A stretch of 64,000 bases of DNA from assembly GCA_964234715.1 (NCBI GenBank), contig OZ174278.1; one strand, given 5' to 3'. This stretch comes from Podarcis melisellensis. Lineage: Eukaryota. The stretch's first letter is position 1; every line of letters starts with the position of its first letter. This document shows, piece after piece, positions 24,655 through 36,399 of this stretch. The notes under the pieces are model-generated. The model ran no database searches. It was not told where the DNA came from and saw only the letters and a list, made by a program, of their open reading frames with translations. A program made the translations under genes and the position numbers.

Positions 24655-25974
24655 AGACACCTCCTACCATAGTTTAGCTGAGTCCTTCTTTCTTTTCAGC
24701 ACTCGATTTCACATGAAATAAAAACCTGATACTACACAATACCTTGTTATGTGCCACAAACCTGCAGATTTTGTTTGCCATCAGTTACTTAATAGACTGA
24801 TAGATGAATGGGTGGATAGAATCTCCTAATTTCACTAATGAATAGCCTTAAATCTAAGCAATTTTAATCCCTTGAAATCTAGGTAAAATACATAGGTATG
24901 CATCCAAAATATTACATTTTGTATGTTACATTCAACTTTTGAATGGAGTAAAAAAAAAAAGGAAAGAAGCAGGAGGTTTTATTACAAAAGCAAGCTTTGG
25001 AACTAGTAAATCTTACAAATGTCAAAGCTGAAACCTTCTCTTAAGAACTGGGGCCTACTTAAACCTTGGCTCTGGAGTAATCTATTACAATTCCATACTA
25101 AACCCACAAGATGGAAAGATTAATGTATTAAGCAAAAGCACAAGGCATTTCTGAAAACGAGCATGTAATTTCACATTCTTCAGGTATTCATGGAGCATAA
25201 AAGCTTGTTGTGTGGTGCTAAGAGCACTATAGTGGCCTTTGAAGTTTCCAACACCAGGCCTCTCTAGAAACCTAGGCCTCCTGCTCAGTGGTGTTTTTTA
25301 AAAAAACTCCTTTCAGAAAGAAATCATAGGTAGTGACCATCAAATTGGTAGCTTAATTAAAATGAATATATTTTGCAAGAAAAAAATTATTTTTTTCAGC
25401 CTCTGTTCAACTTAAGATTCACAGAATTGCTGCGATCTATTTTAGCTAACACTGCAGCTGCATTAACTCAAAAGAACACTGACTTTCCGATATCCTCCTT
25501 TAATACATAATGTGCTCTTTAGTGCAAAAGAAAAATACATCATTTCCTGGATTCGGTGGGAACCTTGGCTTCCTGAGAGAGCCATTCTGCATAGTGTCAT
25601 AAATCTTCATCCGCAACATAGAAAGCTTCGTAAAACGTAGACTCTCTCACTTAATCAAACGTTTTCATGATGCCTTTTTCAAACAACATCCAAGAACGAG
25701 AAGTGGTGCTATATTAATTCTTCTGCTGCTTTTGGCTCCTGTGTGCTTTAATTTATACGCACACTGAACACTGCTAGATTAAACATGGGAGAAAGAATGA
25801 GAATAGCATGCATTAGTGCACCAGCTTCAATTTGTCCTTGGGCTGATTCATACAATACTATGTTTTGTACCATGTTTCGGCAGACTTTAAGAAGGTGGCC
25901 ACATGAACAAACATAACATGTGGGCTGGGTCCCCACAGATATGACCAGCAGTGGTTCTGATGATTCTGACAGTT

Positions 25975-26165
25975 GAGAGAGGAGCCATAACTCTGTAGCA
26001 GAGCACTACTGGAAGGGCAAAAATTCCCACATTCAAATCATTTACATCTCCAGTAGCTAGAAAAGACATCTGCCTGAGACCTTGAAGAAGAACACCTATT
26101 AGACAGTACCCAGTAGTTAGACAGATGGATCAATGGTATGCATCAACATAAACAATCATATATTG
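25975..26165 (+). mobile_element. Degenerate Squam3-type SINE
   Basis: ggagccataactctgtagcagagcac head; tgcctgagaccttgaaga; gatggatcaatgg. Confidence 0.55.
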
Positions 26166-26291
26166 CAGGTGGGGGGAACCAGATACTGCTGGACTACAAC
26201 CCTCATTGTCCCTGACCACTGGCCATATTGACTGGGGTTGGTGAAGTTGGAGACCAGCAACAACTGGAGGGCCATAGTTTCTTCAGCCCTT
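26166..26291. mobile_element. Small hAT-type MITE (ggactacaac...tggagggcca family); related copies ~13130-13235, 15278-15395, 50255-50335, 58050-58150, 60452-60726
   Basis: CAGG terminus, internal inverted repeat, 8-bp TSD atatattg/atatatag (1 mismatch). Confidence 0.65.
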
Positions 26292-27843
26292 ATATATAGG
26301 AATAGCTTCCATGCCTTCCATGTCTTGACTATTACATGTGTCCATATAATGCTACCAGAGGTTTGGAATGGTTACATTTACTAAGAAAGCTATGTGTGAG
26401 TTGCTCTACTCAAACAAAAATCCTAGAACAGTATTGCTTTGACAGCTCTTTCTACTTGGTAACCTCCATCTAGTGTAAAGGAACCAGAATTATCCCATTA
26501 ACAATTTGAAAGGAACAAATTGAGAAATGGCACCTATGGAACCAATAATATTTATGTTGATGGCTGCTCACAGGGTAATAGTTTAAAAAATGGAAAGCAA
26601 TTTAACTGTTGACATTACATTTTTGGTATAGTGAGCTATATAGCAAATAGGCATGACAGGAAAAAATGGCTTACCAGTCTAAATTAGCAAAAGGTAAAGC
26701 TTTTGATTTTTATATAGTGTGGTAGGCTTCTGCTTCATAGATAAATCAGGGACATATTAGGTAGTGGTGTTTATCAAAGCCTTTCTTCAAATTAGGGACT
26801 TGCAAAATTTCTTGTGAGGGCTCCCCACACCCCTGAATTTGAAAGCGTTTTATTGGGTGAAAAATGCTGAAAGGAGGCAGCAAAAGAGTTTAGATAGAAG
26901 ACGTGCAAAACTTATTGGTTCTGTGAAAATGGTTACTCCAAGTGAAATGTTATTATGGCAGTAAAATCATGCAAGGTCTTCAAATGCAAACATGCAGAGC
27001 TATTACTTATAATTAAAAGGCAAGGGTGAAATTTAACAGATTGACAATCTGGGAGGCTAGAAACTATATGCAGCCAAAAAAGGGAGGGCTTGAAATTCAA
27101 GCCCACCAACATGACAGTGGTCTGAAATGAAACCTCACACCATGAAAGGTGTGTTGGACCTTATGTCTCTATCCTCAAAGCCATCTGTTTTTCTTCTAAG
27201 GTCAACTTGTGTGTTATGTTTTTCCTGTGTGGTGATTATCTCAGTGTAGAACAACATGTATATGTTGAACTCATTTGAAAACATTTCTTTCTTTCTATGA
27301 AGTGTTTAACTTTTCTGTTCTATGATCCTGGATATGCAAAATAATTCTGTGGACTGCATTCAGATATTCTTTCCTTTTGGAACTCTGGCTGTCTAGTAGG
27401 CTTCTGAATGCACTTCCACGTGTTGGACACTGCTTTCTATGGGATGCACATCTGAAAGCTTAGCTCTGTTTCTAACCACCACCATCAAGTGGTTTATGTA
27501 TCCAAGCACTAACAATTTATTTTCCCCAAAGGGGGGGGGGGAAGTAAATTATAATCAGACAGAAGGTAACTTTTGCAAAGTTAAAACTTTTGCAAATAAT
27601 CAGACAGAAGGTAACTTTGGCAAAACTACAACATCTGCATTGTAAATGAAACTTTCCAGATCTCTATCATATATTTTATTGTAAGTTCAAAATTGTAGCA
27701 CAAGACCACTCACTATACAATTTCTCCAGATAGTACACTCACAAGTTTAGCCAAATACAGGTGACTCAAGGAAGTGTATCATGGGGAAAGCCTACCACTT
27801 TTGCAATGGTTACTTAGTTTCCAGCTTTTTCAAGAGATGTAAC

Positions 27844-28090
27844 TGTTATGTACTGATGTTCTCACCCTGGGCCAGCAGGGGGATACTATAGGTAGTTTTC
27901 ACTCAGGTCCACGTCAGTTATTTTAGGCGGGAAACCCTGGGTTGTTGTTGCTACAATGTTGACAGCCGGCTGCCTATAAAAGCAGGCCGGCTGAGCTGTT
28001 TGCTGTTCAGTTTCTATCCCAGCTTACAAAATAAAGAGCTGCTTTGGAGAAATCGCTGTGTCGTCTGCCATGTCTACCCACTATTCAACA
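27844..28090 (+). mobile_element. Solo LTR (247 bp)
   Basis: TGTT...AACA termini, perfect 5-bp TSD gtaac (27839-27843; 28091-28095), TATAAAA 27975-27981, AATAAA 28030-28035. Confidence 0.88.
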
Positions 28091-29503
28091 GTAACAACCC
28101 TGGGAGATGGGACATAGGGGTACCTTATTTTTAGGTACTTCAATCTTATTTACGTACCTTTACCTAGCTAAAGTAGGCTTCTGTAATAATGTAAGGTACC
28201 CCACATTGGATACTCTTTGAGAAGGTGTGACTTAATCGAAAGGTGAAGGCCAGAGTGCTCAAAAAGTTGACTTCTAAAATGATACTAGAAGGAAAGTAAT
28301 AATTTCCTGACAATGTCTTCATGTGTTTTGCTTCCTGCAAAGATAGCTCAAATGCATAATGGCAACTCACATCAGTATTTCCAACTCTCATTTACCCCTC
28401 TTGTGAGTTTGTTTACCAAGAGACAATATCCTTTGCTCTTCAATGTTCTGTGATCAATCAAAGTTCATACAATAGTTTCATATAATAAGAGAAAGCAGAA
28501 AAGACCTATTGGAGCCCTCTAGTCCATCCTCCCCAGTATTACAGAACTGTACAGTATAACATTATATGGTGCTTTTCAGTCTGCCTGGCTCACAGCATCA
28601 AAATAAGTTGCAGTGCAATTTAGCCAAAGATAATTAAATTATATGCTTTTAGAAATGCATGGAATAATGTCTGTTAAACCTGTGAGATGCTATATCACAA
28701 GACTGAGCCAGTTTCTTTCCAAATCCATTTATAAAACAAACAAGAACACTAGTTACCAGTTGGTTAAGTTACTTGTAATATTTGCTGTAACATTCACATT
28801 TTAGCTTTCAAGATATTGGGTTACATTCCCCCAGCGCCCCAACCCCGTCCAGTTTGGTTCTCACTAATTTTCTGCTACATGTTTGATTTGGTTTCATTTC
28901 AAACCTGTTGCCGAATTGGCGACAGGGGGGTAGTATTAGATGTTTTATCTGTTATGGCAAAAGGACATGGATATTTCAAAGTGGTAGGCAAAGATTAAGA
29001 ACTGTAAAGGGAGATGAATTTCATTCTAAAAATCTGATAAGGTATGCATATTTAAAATAATTGTGTAAAGGGTCAGCTACCCATAAAGGACTTGAAAACT
29101 TGAATAAATGTCCGCATGAAACAGAATGTATCACAAGAAAAGTTGCCAAGAACTTATGCATGTTTTATCTGACAATTTACAAACTCAGTTATTTTATTTA
29201 TCTAATCCACTGTTTTATTGCTTGGCATATAGTACTGCCATATATATGTATTTAAAAACAAAAAACAAAAAAAACTTTAAAAACCCTCAAGTCCTGTCCC
29301 CCCCTAGACTTTTAGTTTCATAGTGTAAATCATGTGCTAAGATTTGAGGGTCATTATGAGAGAGTAAAGCAAACAAGTCACAAGCTTACCTTCCTATAAA
29401 ATGGGAACTGAATTTTGCCTCTCATTGAATTTAATGAACACGCAAGTGGGTAGCTCTTTAGAAACAGCACTCAAGATCTGACCGATTCCAACACAAATCT
29501 ATT

Positions 29504-29628
29504 CAGTGCTATTTTCCTTTAAAAAAAGAAGTGCTAGAACTCACCATGAACACCCCCTCATTCTCTTGGAATGCAATGGCACCCACCTGAGAGGTGCCAG
29601 AATGAGTTCCAGCTGAATAAAAGCCTTG
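29504..29628 (+). mobile_element. hAT-type MITE (cagtgctatttt family)
   Basis: Homologous to 60492-60627; 8-bp TSD aatctatt/aatctatg. Confidence 0.75.
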
Positions 29629-32497
29629 AATCTATGACATTCACCACTGAACCTCCCATGCATTTCTGCTCAGAAGTAAGTCCATTGGCTGTAACACTAT
29701 ACTCAGTTTTCTGGGAATAAGTATGGCATATGTGGGGTCCTGCTGTTATTGCCACGTAGTTGTGTTGAGGCTTCTGGTCCTAGCAGGAAATAAAGGACGA
29801 CTTCAAACTGTAGTGTGAGAATGCAACATTTATTTGAAAATGCATGCTGACACCTAATTGGAAAATGAAAGGAAGACTTCTTCAGATAAATGTGTGCAAA
29901 ATAGTATTCCATAAACCGAACACACATTTCTGATGAGTTTCAGTTAAATTACTTTTGAGCTTCTACTCCTGTGACCTTACTTATATTTTGCCAACATCTG
30001 TCAACGTTGTTTATTTAATTTTCAGTTCAAAGTATAAGCTTGTCTGCAGTGTCAGGGTAATTACTGGTCCAAACTAATGGAGCTATGAGATTGTTTTGGA
30101 AAGAAACAGCAAGATGGTTGGCCATGTTGTAGGGGGAAAATAGCATTTACTTCCCTATGTAATATAATTCATAAAAAAACTATAGAACACAAATTCAACT
30201 GCTGCTGACAGAGCAGTGAGGGTAATTAAAAGTGAAGTATGTTACTAGTTTACCTGCGGGATATTTCTGTTCATAGAATATAAAGTCCCATCTCTACAAT
30301 TCTATGGTTCTACATTTAGCAGTGTAAGTAAGCTGCAATGCAAATCAACTATGGTAAGAATAGCGAGCAATGGTTTTTGCCTCAACTGGATTCTGCCTCA
30401 GGTTTGCAATTTTGTTCTTATAGAATGATTTCCGGATTGGAACTCAGTATTTTAGAATCCATTTGGTTTCCAGATGAATATTTAAGAATAGTTACAGAGG
30501 AAAAATTGAACTGGGTTCATTTGGAAATAAATTCTTTCTTTGTTTCTTTCTTAATGCATAATTGTGCGGTGGTGAAATGGTGGGATTTGACTATTTCATC
30601 ACTGTACTGCTGTACTGCTGCACAATTTTGCAAGTAAAAGGTGTGGGAAAACAAAATATTGTTTTAAAGTTTTGTTTATTTAAAATTTCATCCTTGTGAA
30701 ATTGTGGTTCTTTTCTAATTACAACATACTACAATTTAAAAAGTCACTTTTCCCACTTTTACATAAATGTAACATATGCAGAATTCCACCAGTTGCCTTC
30801 CAGAATAGGAATTCTGACTGGAATGAAACTGGGGTGATAACGAATCTGGTGCCAGAATCTTAACACAATTAGAGAACAGAATTGCTCATTCTGAGTTCCT
30901 CAATGAGAAGAGAATAGATCAGAAATTGTGCACACCTACAGGAACTGTGGTCCAAATTGCCCAATGTGATACAATAGATATGGATCAACTGATTTTTATG
31001 TTATTTTCCCTAACTGATATGCCTTTTGTATGCACTTTTCCCTAATTTACATATTTTGTATGTTTTTATTAAATATCTTTATTTATTTTTTGCTGGACAA
31101 CTGTACCACAGAATTCAGAGCAGTGCAAATTTTGAAGGTTAATTGCATTTGGTTATATATTCAATTCAAAATAAATTCAATTATTTAGGATCCCCTAACT
31201 GACTTTTACCTGTATTTGAGTATGTTCCTTTGGACATGAGGCAATATAGGCGAACCTTTGTTCAGTCACGGATTAATTGGACTGGCCTCTTCTCTGTCCG
31301 AACTCCAGTCTCCATGCTAATGTGCTAAATGAAATTTAGTAGCTACTAACTGATTAGAACATTCCATTATTCTTGTTCAAAAGTCAGTGTTATTGATTAT
31401 AAAAGGAAATTCACATAAAGTTTACTTACTGTATAAGCTCCAACATTCTCTCCTCCCTGCTCCAAGACTGTACTTGGCTCTTCCATCTAAGAATCTCCCT
31501 ATCTTCTTGTTATCATTAAATCACTGGAACTAGTTCAAAACCACAATTCTTTGGAGACGCATAGTGGCCTTCACTAATCAAGGTGAATGTTTACAGAGAA
31601 GTTGCTCTGTAATCTCCCTGAAATCCCTCTCTCCTTTCTTGACATGCAAGAGCCTATATTTTTAATAACCTGTGAAACCAGGTCCTTATCTCTTCCCATA
31701 ATACATTAAAATGCCATTAATAGCTAGCCTCCTGTATGTGTTCACATAATTGTTTAATTTAACTGTAGCTAAGTATCGACAACTAATGCCTAACTTTTGC
31801 TGGTTATTCATTTGTAACAGAAAAGAAAAACAACCTGTGAGAAAAAGGACAAAAAAATAAGGAAAATGTTGCCAGTGATTATGGATTTCTAGTATAAATA
31901 GTGGCACTGTTCAGGCTTGGGAATTGTATAATGCTAAAACACCACAGGGTTCATTAAGAATACATGTTCTGGGATTAGACTTTACTGCGCACCTCAGGAA
32001 TCTACAGGTCTAAATGGAGGTGATATTAGCTCCCATTAAAGATTCTCAAGAAAGTAATTTATAGTTACTCACAAGGGAAAACTTAGCAGAGGGAGGTGGG
32101 GAGAAGGAAGATTGCCAGCAACTCCTGCTGAGATCAGGAGTATCACTTGCAGCTCTACTTTAACCACTGCTTCACCTCGCCACTTGTCAACACATAAATC
32201 TTACGCTATCACTAGAAATACCCCAATGGCACCTGGGGAAAGCAAGACTAGAGGTAGAGGGGAGGGAGCCCAAGAGGAAACGCCGCTTGAAAAGTGAGTT
32301 GATGTACTCAGTTCAGGCAGTGTTTTACATTAGGCTGTGAGCATTCCTAAAGCAAGATAGCCCACTGAAATTTGTACCGGTGAAGACAATGTACTTAAGT
32401 TTTAGAAAACTGTTTTCATCACATGGAGAAACCTCACCCTATGCTGAAACTCCTTGGAAACAATGAAAAGAGAACATTTGTAAACATAAGGATTTTT

Positions 32498-32830
32498 ATA
32501 TACCTGAAGGAGCCTCTCCACTTCCATTGTTCGGCCCGGACACTGAGATCCAGCTCCGAGGGCCTTATGGTGGTTCCCTCACTGCAAGAAGTGAGGCTAC
32601 AGGGAACCAGGCAGAAGGCCTTCTCAGTAGTCATGCCCACCCTGTGGAACGTCCTCCCATCAGATGTCAAGGAAATAAACAACTATCTGGCTGTTAGAAG
32701 ACATCTGAATGCAGCCTTGTATGGGGAAGTTTTTACTGTTTAATGCTTTACTGTGGCTTTATAATTTGTTGGAAGCTGTCCAGAGTGGCTGAGCAATCCA
32801 GTCCCATGGGAATAAAAACAACAACAACAG
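32498..32830 (+). mobile_element. L2 LINE 3' end, same family as 15666
   Basis: YLKEPLH...ARTLRSSSEGLMVVPSL...QGTRQKAFSVVMPTLWNVLPSDVKEINNY in ORF 32423-32743. Confidence 0.85.
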
Positions 32831-34043
32831 CAATAGTCACAGAGGACTGCATGGAGTCCAACAAAAAGCCTTCACATAAGACAAGCCAGGATACCTTTGG
32901 CTTGTGATATTTCTAATGGGCCCTAGTGAGTGAAACAAATAGGACACATTGCTTTAAGGGTGTTTCAGGTTTTCACATAACTCTAAGAGAGAATATATGC
33001 ACTCAAATGTTAATGATTAAAGCAGTATTACTCCTAGCCAGGCAAACAAGTTGTTCTTGGACATCAGCATAACTTTAATACTGAAAAAGAGCTGTATTTA
33101 AAAACACGAGCGAGGTGCTCTTTCCACTGTCTTTCATGCATTTTAATCTCCTAAATGCAACATGAGAAATTGCTGTTGGCTCTCAGCGCACCACAAGGAG
33201 CCATTTTTATCATACGTTTTTTCATTAATGTGTATCTGCCAATGCAAATAATTGTATGTGAAGGGCAAAGTTAAGGAAGAATTTATCACTTGCACTGTCT
33301 GAAGTTTTAAGTACCATGTGAATGACATTCTTGCTCTTAGCAAGAGCCAATTTGCCTCCCCACTCCAACTGGGAAGAGTCTCAAGTTGGTGTCTCCCAGG
33401 GAGAGGGGTCAGAGTCACATGAGGAGGTGTGACCAATGGGAGGGGTGGACCTGCCTTCTTTCTGGGTGTGTGGGGCTATAAGAACCTCTTTCCACAACTA
33501 TACTTGCAAAATTCACATTTATAGTCTAATTCAGGCCTGTCTCCCATCAAAGTGAAGGCCTCTTAGTGAACTGAACTCTAAGACAGACCTGCAAAAACAA
33601 AAGGCTCATCGGTCCACTGTGGGGTGACCTCTACTTCTGCATCACACAGAGTGTAGGCCTCTCTCAATATTTAGAATTCTCAGTTAATAGATTTGGTTGG
33701 ATTTATGGGGACTGAAACAAAATGGGAGTGAAATAATTTGATTTGTTGATGTCATACTTCATTATAATCTCAAATTTTGTCGAAAGACTGTGAAGAGTAC
33801 TAGCATGATAGAAACAGGGAAAAGGCAGCATATCATTATTTGTTTCTCCCAGTTCTGTAGTGTTCAGCCTGTCTCTTTAGCTATTGCTGTAAACTTCCTT
33901 TATAACAAAAGCTTTTCTTTTCTTTTTAAACAATGAATGCGCTTACAAACAGTTGCTGTCTGTTACTGGTTAGAATGATACAACCCAAATTTTGGATGTG
34001 TCAGCCTCCCTGGACTCACTCCTTTGGGAGGATAGGCAGGGTA

Positions 34044-34403
34044 AAGGTACCCCTGCCCATACGGGCCAGTCGTGTCCGACTCTGGGGTTGCGCGCCCATC
34101 TCGCTTAAGAGGCCGGGGGCCAGAACTGTCTGAAGACACTTCCGGGTCACGTGGCCAGCATGACGAAGCTGCAGCTGGCGAGCCAGCACCAGCGCAGCAC
34201 ACGGAAATGCCGTTTACCTTCCCGCTATAAAGCTGTCCCTATTTATCTACTTGCACTTAAGAGTGCTTTCAAACTGCTAGGTGGGCAGGAGCTGGGACTG
34301 AACGATGGGAGCTCACCCCGCCGCGGGGATTCGAACCACTGACCATACGATCGGCAAGTCCTAGGCACTGAGGTTTTACCCACAGCGCCACCCGCGTCCC
34401 GGC
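34044..34403 (-). mobile_element. Sauria SINE, young CpG-rich variant subfamily
   Basis: Reverse complement begins gggacgcgggtggcgctgtggg with intact B box ggttcgaatcc; 12-bp TSD ataggcagggta at 34032-34043 and 34404-34415. Confidence 0.93.
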
Positions 34404-34698
34404 ATAGGCAGGGTACAAATTCAATGAATAAATATCCATGGTAGTTCAAGGTGCTGCTACTTCCCAGTGCTCATCCTCTGAGATAGGTCATTCTAACAGA
34501 TCAAAAGGAAATATAATATAATGATCGGTACAGAGAATCTGTGAGGGAACAAGATTACCAATCGTATATGTATGCAGCACCTTACAGGGTTACGTATAAA
34601 TTACATCTTAGCCACCAAGAAACTTGCAAATTAGGATTGTTGTCTTTTTAAAACAAACAAATCAATCAATCAATCAATCAGTATTTTAGTTTTTCCAT

Positions 34699-34833
34699 AT
34701 TCAGGTAAGTAGCCCTGTTGGTCTGACACAGTCGAAATAAACGTAAATAAAAAATAGTCCAGTAGCACCTTATAGACCAACTAAGTTTGTTCTGGTATAA
34801 GCTTTCGTGTGCATGCACACTTCTTCAGATACC
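34699..34833 (-). mobile_element. Penelope-like element terminal-repeat fragment
   Basis: Reverse complement gtatctgaagaagtgtgcatgcacacgaaagcttatacc...aaggtgctactgga...cagaccaacagggctac; 13-bp TSD ttagtttttccat at 34686-34698 and 34834-34846. Confidence 0.85.
34794..34833 (-). ncRNA. Minimal type-I hammerhead ribozyme motif
   Basis: GGUAU-CUGAAGA-A-GUGUG(CAUG)CACAC-GAAA-GC-UU/AUACC: stem I 5 bp, CUGANGA core, stem II 5 bp, GAAA, palindromic AGCU stem III. Confidence 0.75.
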
Positions 34834-36173
34834 TTAGTTTTTCCATTACATCTTTTGGAACCAAGTTAACAATCTAGGATAAACTTTTTTGCTTCGGTAC
34901 AAGTAAATGTGTGTGAGGTAGTGTGGGCTATATGTGAATGACTCCACAGCACTTTTTCAGGGAAGAGGGGAGAATGCACAGAACAAAATCCAGCACACAC
35001 ACAGACATGCCACATCAACTTCCAGACAAAATTATGCATGCATTGCTCTTGCAGTTGGACTGAATCAGGGCCCATTTGCATATGCACACAGACAATTTCT
35101 AGATTAAGGTAAATGTGTTCCCTGTGTTTTCTCCCAATTTTCTTCATTTTGCTTCTGTTTCACTTTTGTTAGGCTTTTGATGGGTTTAAATTCCACTGTT
35201 TGGTTTTGTTTTCATAATGGTTTTATTCTGTTGCAATGACTTTTATTCTGTTGTAAAAACTTTTTAAAACCTGTATTGTTGTTTTTAATTATTTTATATT
35301 GCATTTAGCTCAGAATTTTGGGTGATTAATAAAAACTTTAAAAATATAGACACAATTGACTAGAATGAATATTATAGGTGGTAGTCAACTAAACTACTCA
35401 GAGTAGAGTAGAGAATTAATGCAACTAACTTTGTCATGTTCATCGATTTCAGTGGGTCGACAATGAATGAAACTTACTTGATTCCCAACCAATGATGATC
35501 TATTAAAAACATATTGGGGTTCTTCCATACTTTATTATGCTGATTGGTGTAATAATGAGGCATTCTGAGAAAATGAAGACAGTGGCTGCAAACACAGCCA
35601 GTGCTCTTCTTCTGAACACCATTGCCCTAGTTAGAGATAAGTGAAAAAAGGAAGACTGGTAGCAGCAACCAGCTTTGGGTCCAGTGGTCCTGCCCAAGCT
35701 CACAGATCTAAGCATTTGTCCTACTATTCTGGGTACTGACACCAGGCCAGATCACTGCATTTGACTCTGGGCAAGAATGAGAACTTATGTGAAATTCTAG
35801 CAAAATACCTGCTATCAAAGCTATAGCTTTCCTTTTAGCAGATATTTGCTTGATTTGGACTAAGAGTAAGCACTTGCAACATTGTTTGGCAGAGTCGTTA
35901 TCTCTGATTATTTTATGGTTTGTCTTTAACAAATTGTTACACTTTTGTTATGAGAGGCCTCCTTCCTCTTCCCCACAATACCTATTACTTTTTAAAAGAG
36001 TGAGAAGGCTGCAGCTCCTGCAACAGAATTAAATTCTTTTAAAAACTTATTTTTGAATTTGCATATGTTGGCATTCTACCCGGCACTCCTTACCTACAAA
36101 GCAGATAATCAGGTTGGACAAAACAGTTGCATGCTAAGGGGAAGCCTGTATTATTTGTCTGACTATTGACCTA

Positions 36174-36399
36174 CAATGGTACCTCAGGTTACAGATGCTT
36201 CAGGTTACAGACTCCATTAACCCAGAAATAGTACCTCGGGTTAAGAACTTTGCTTCAGGATAAGAACAGAAATCGTGCAGCAGCGGCACGGCAGCAGCGG
36301 GAGGCCCCATTAGCTAAAGTGGTGCTTCAGGTTAAGAACAGTTTCAGGTTAAGAACGGACCTCCGGAACAAATTAAGTTCTTAACCCGAGGTACCACTG
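36174..36399 (+). mobile_element. Tigger/pogo-like MITE, copy 3 (one 16-bp subterminal unit fewer)
   Basis: TA|caatggtacctcaggtta...taacccgaggtaccactg|TA. Confidence 0.9.
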
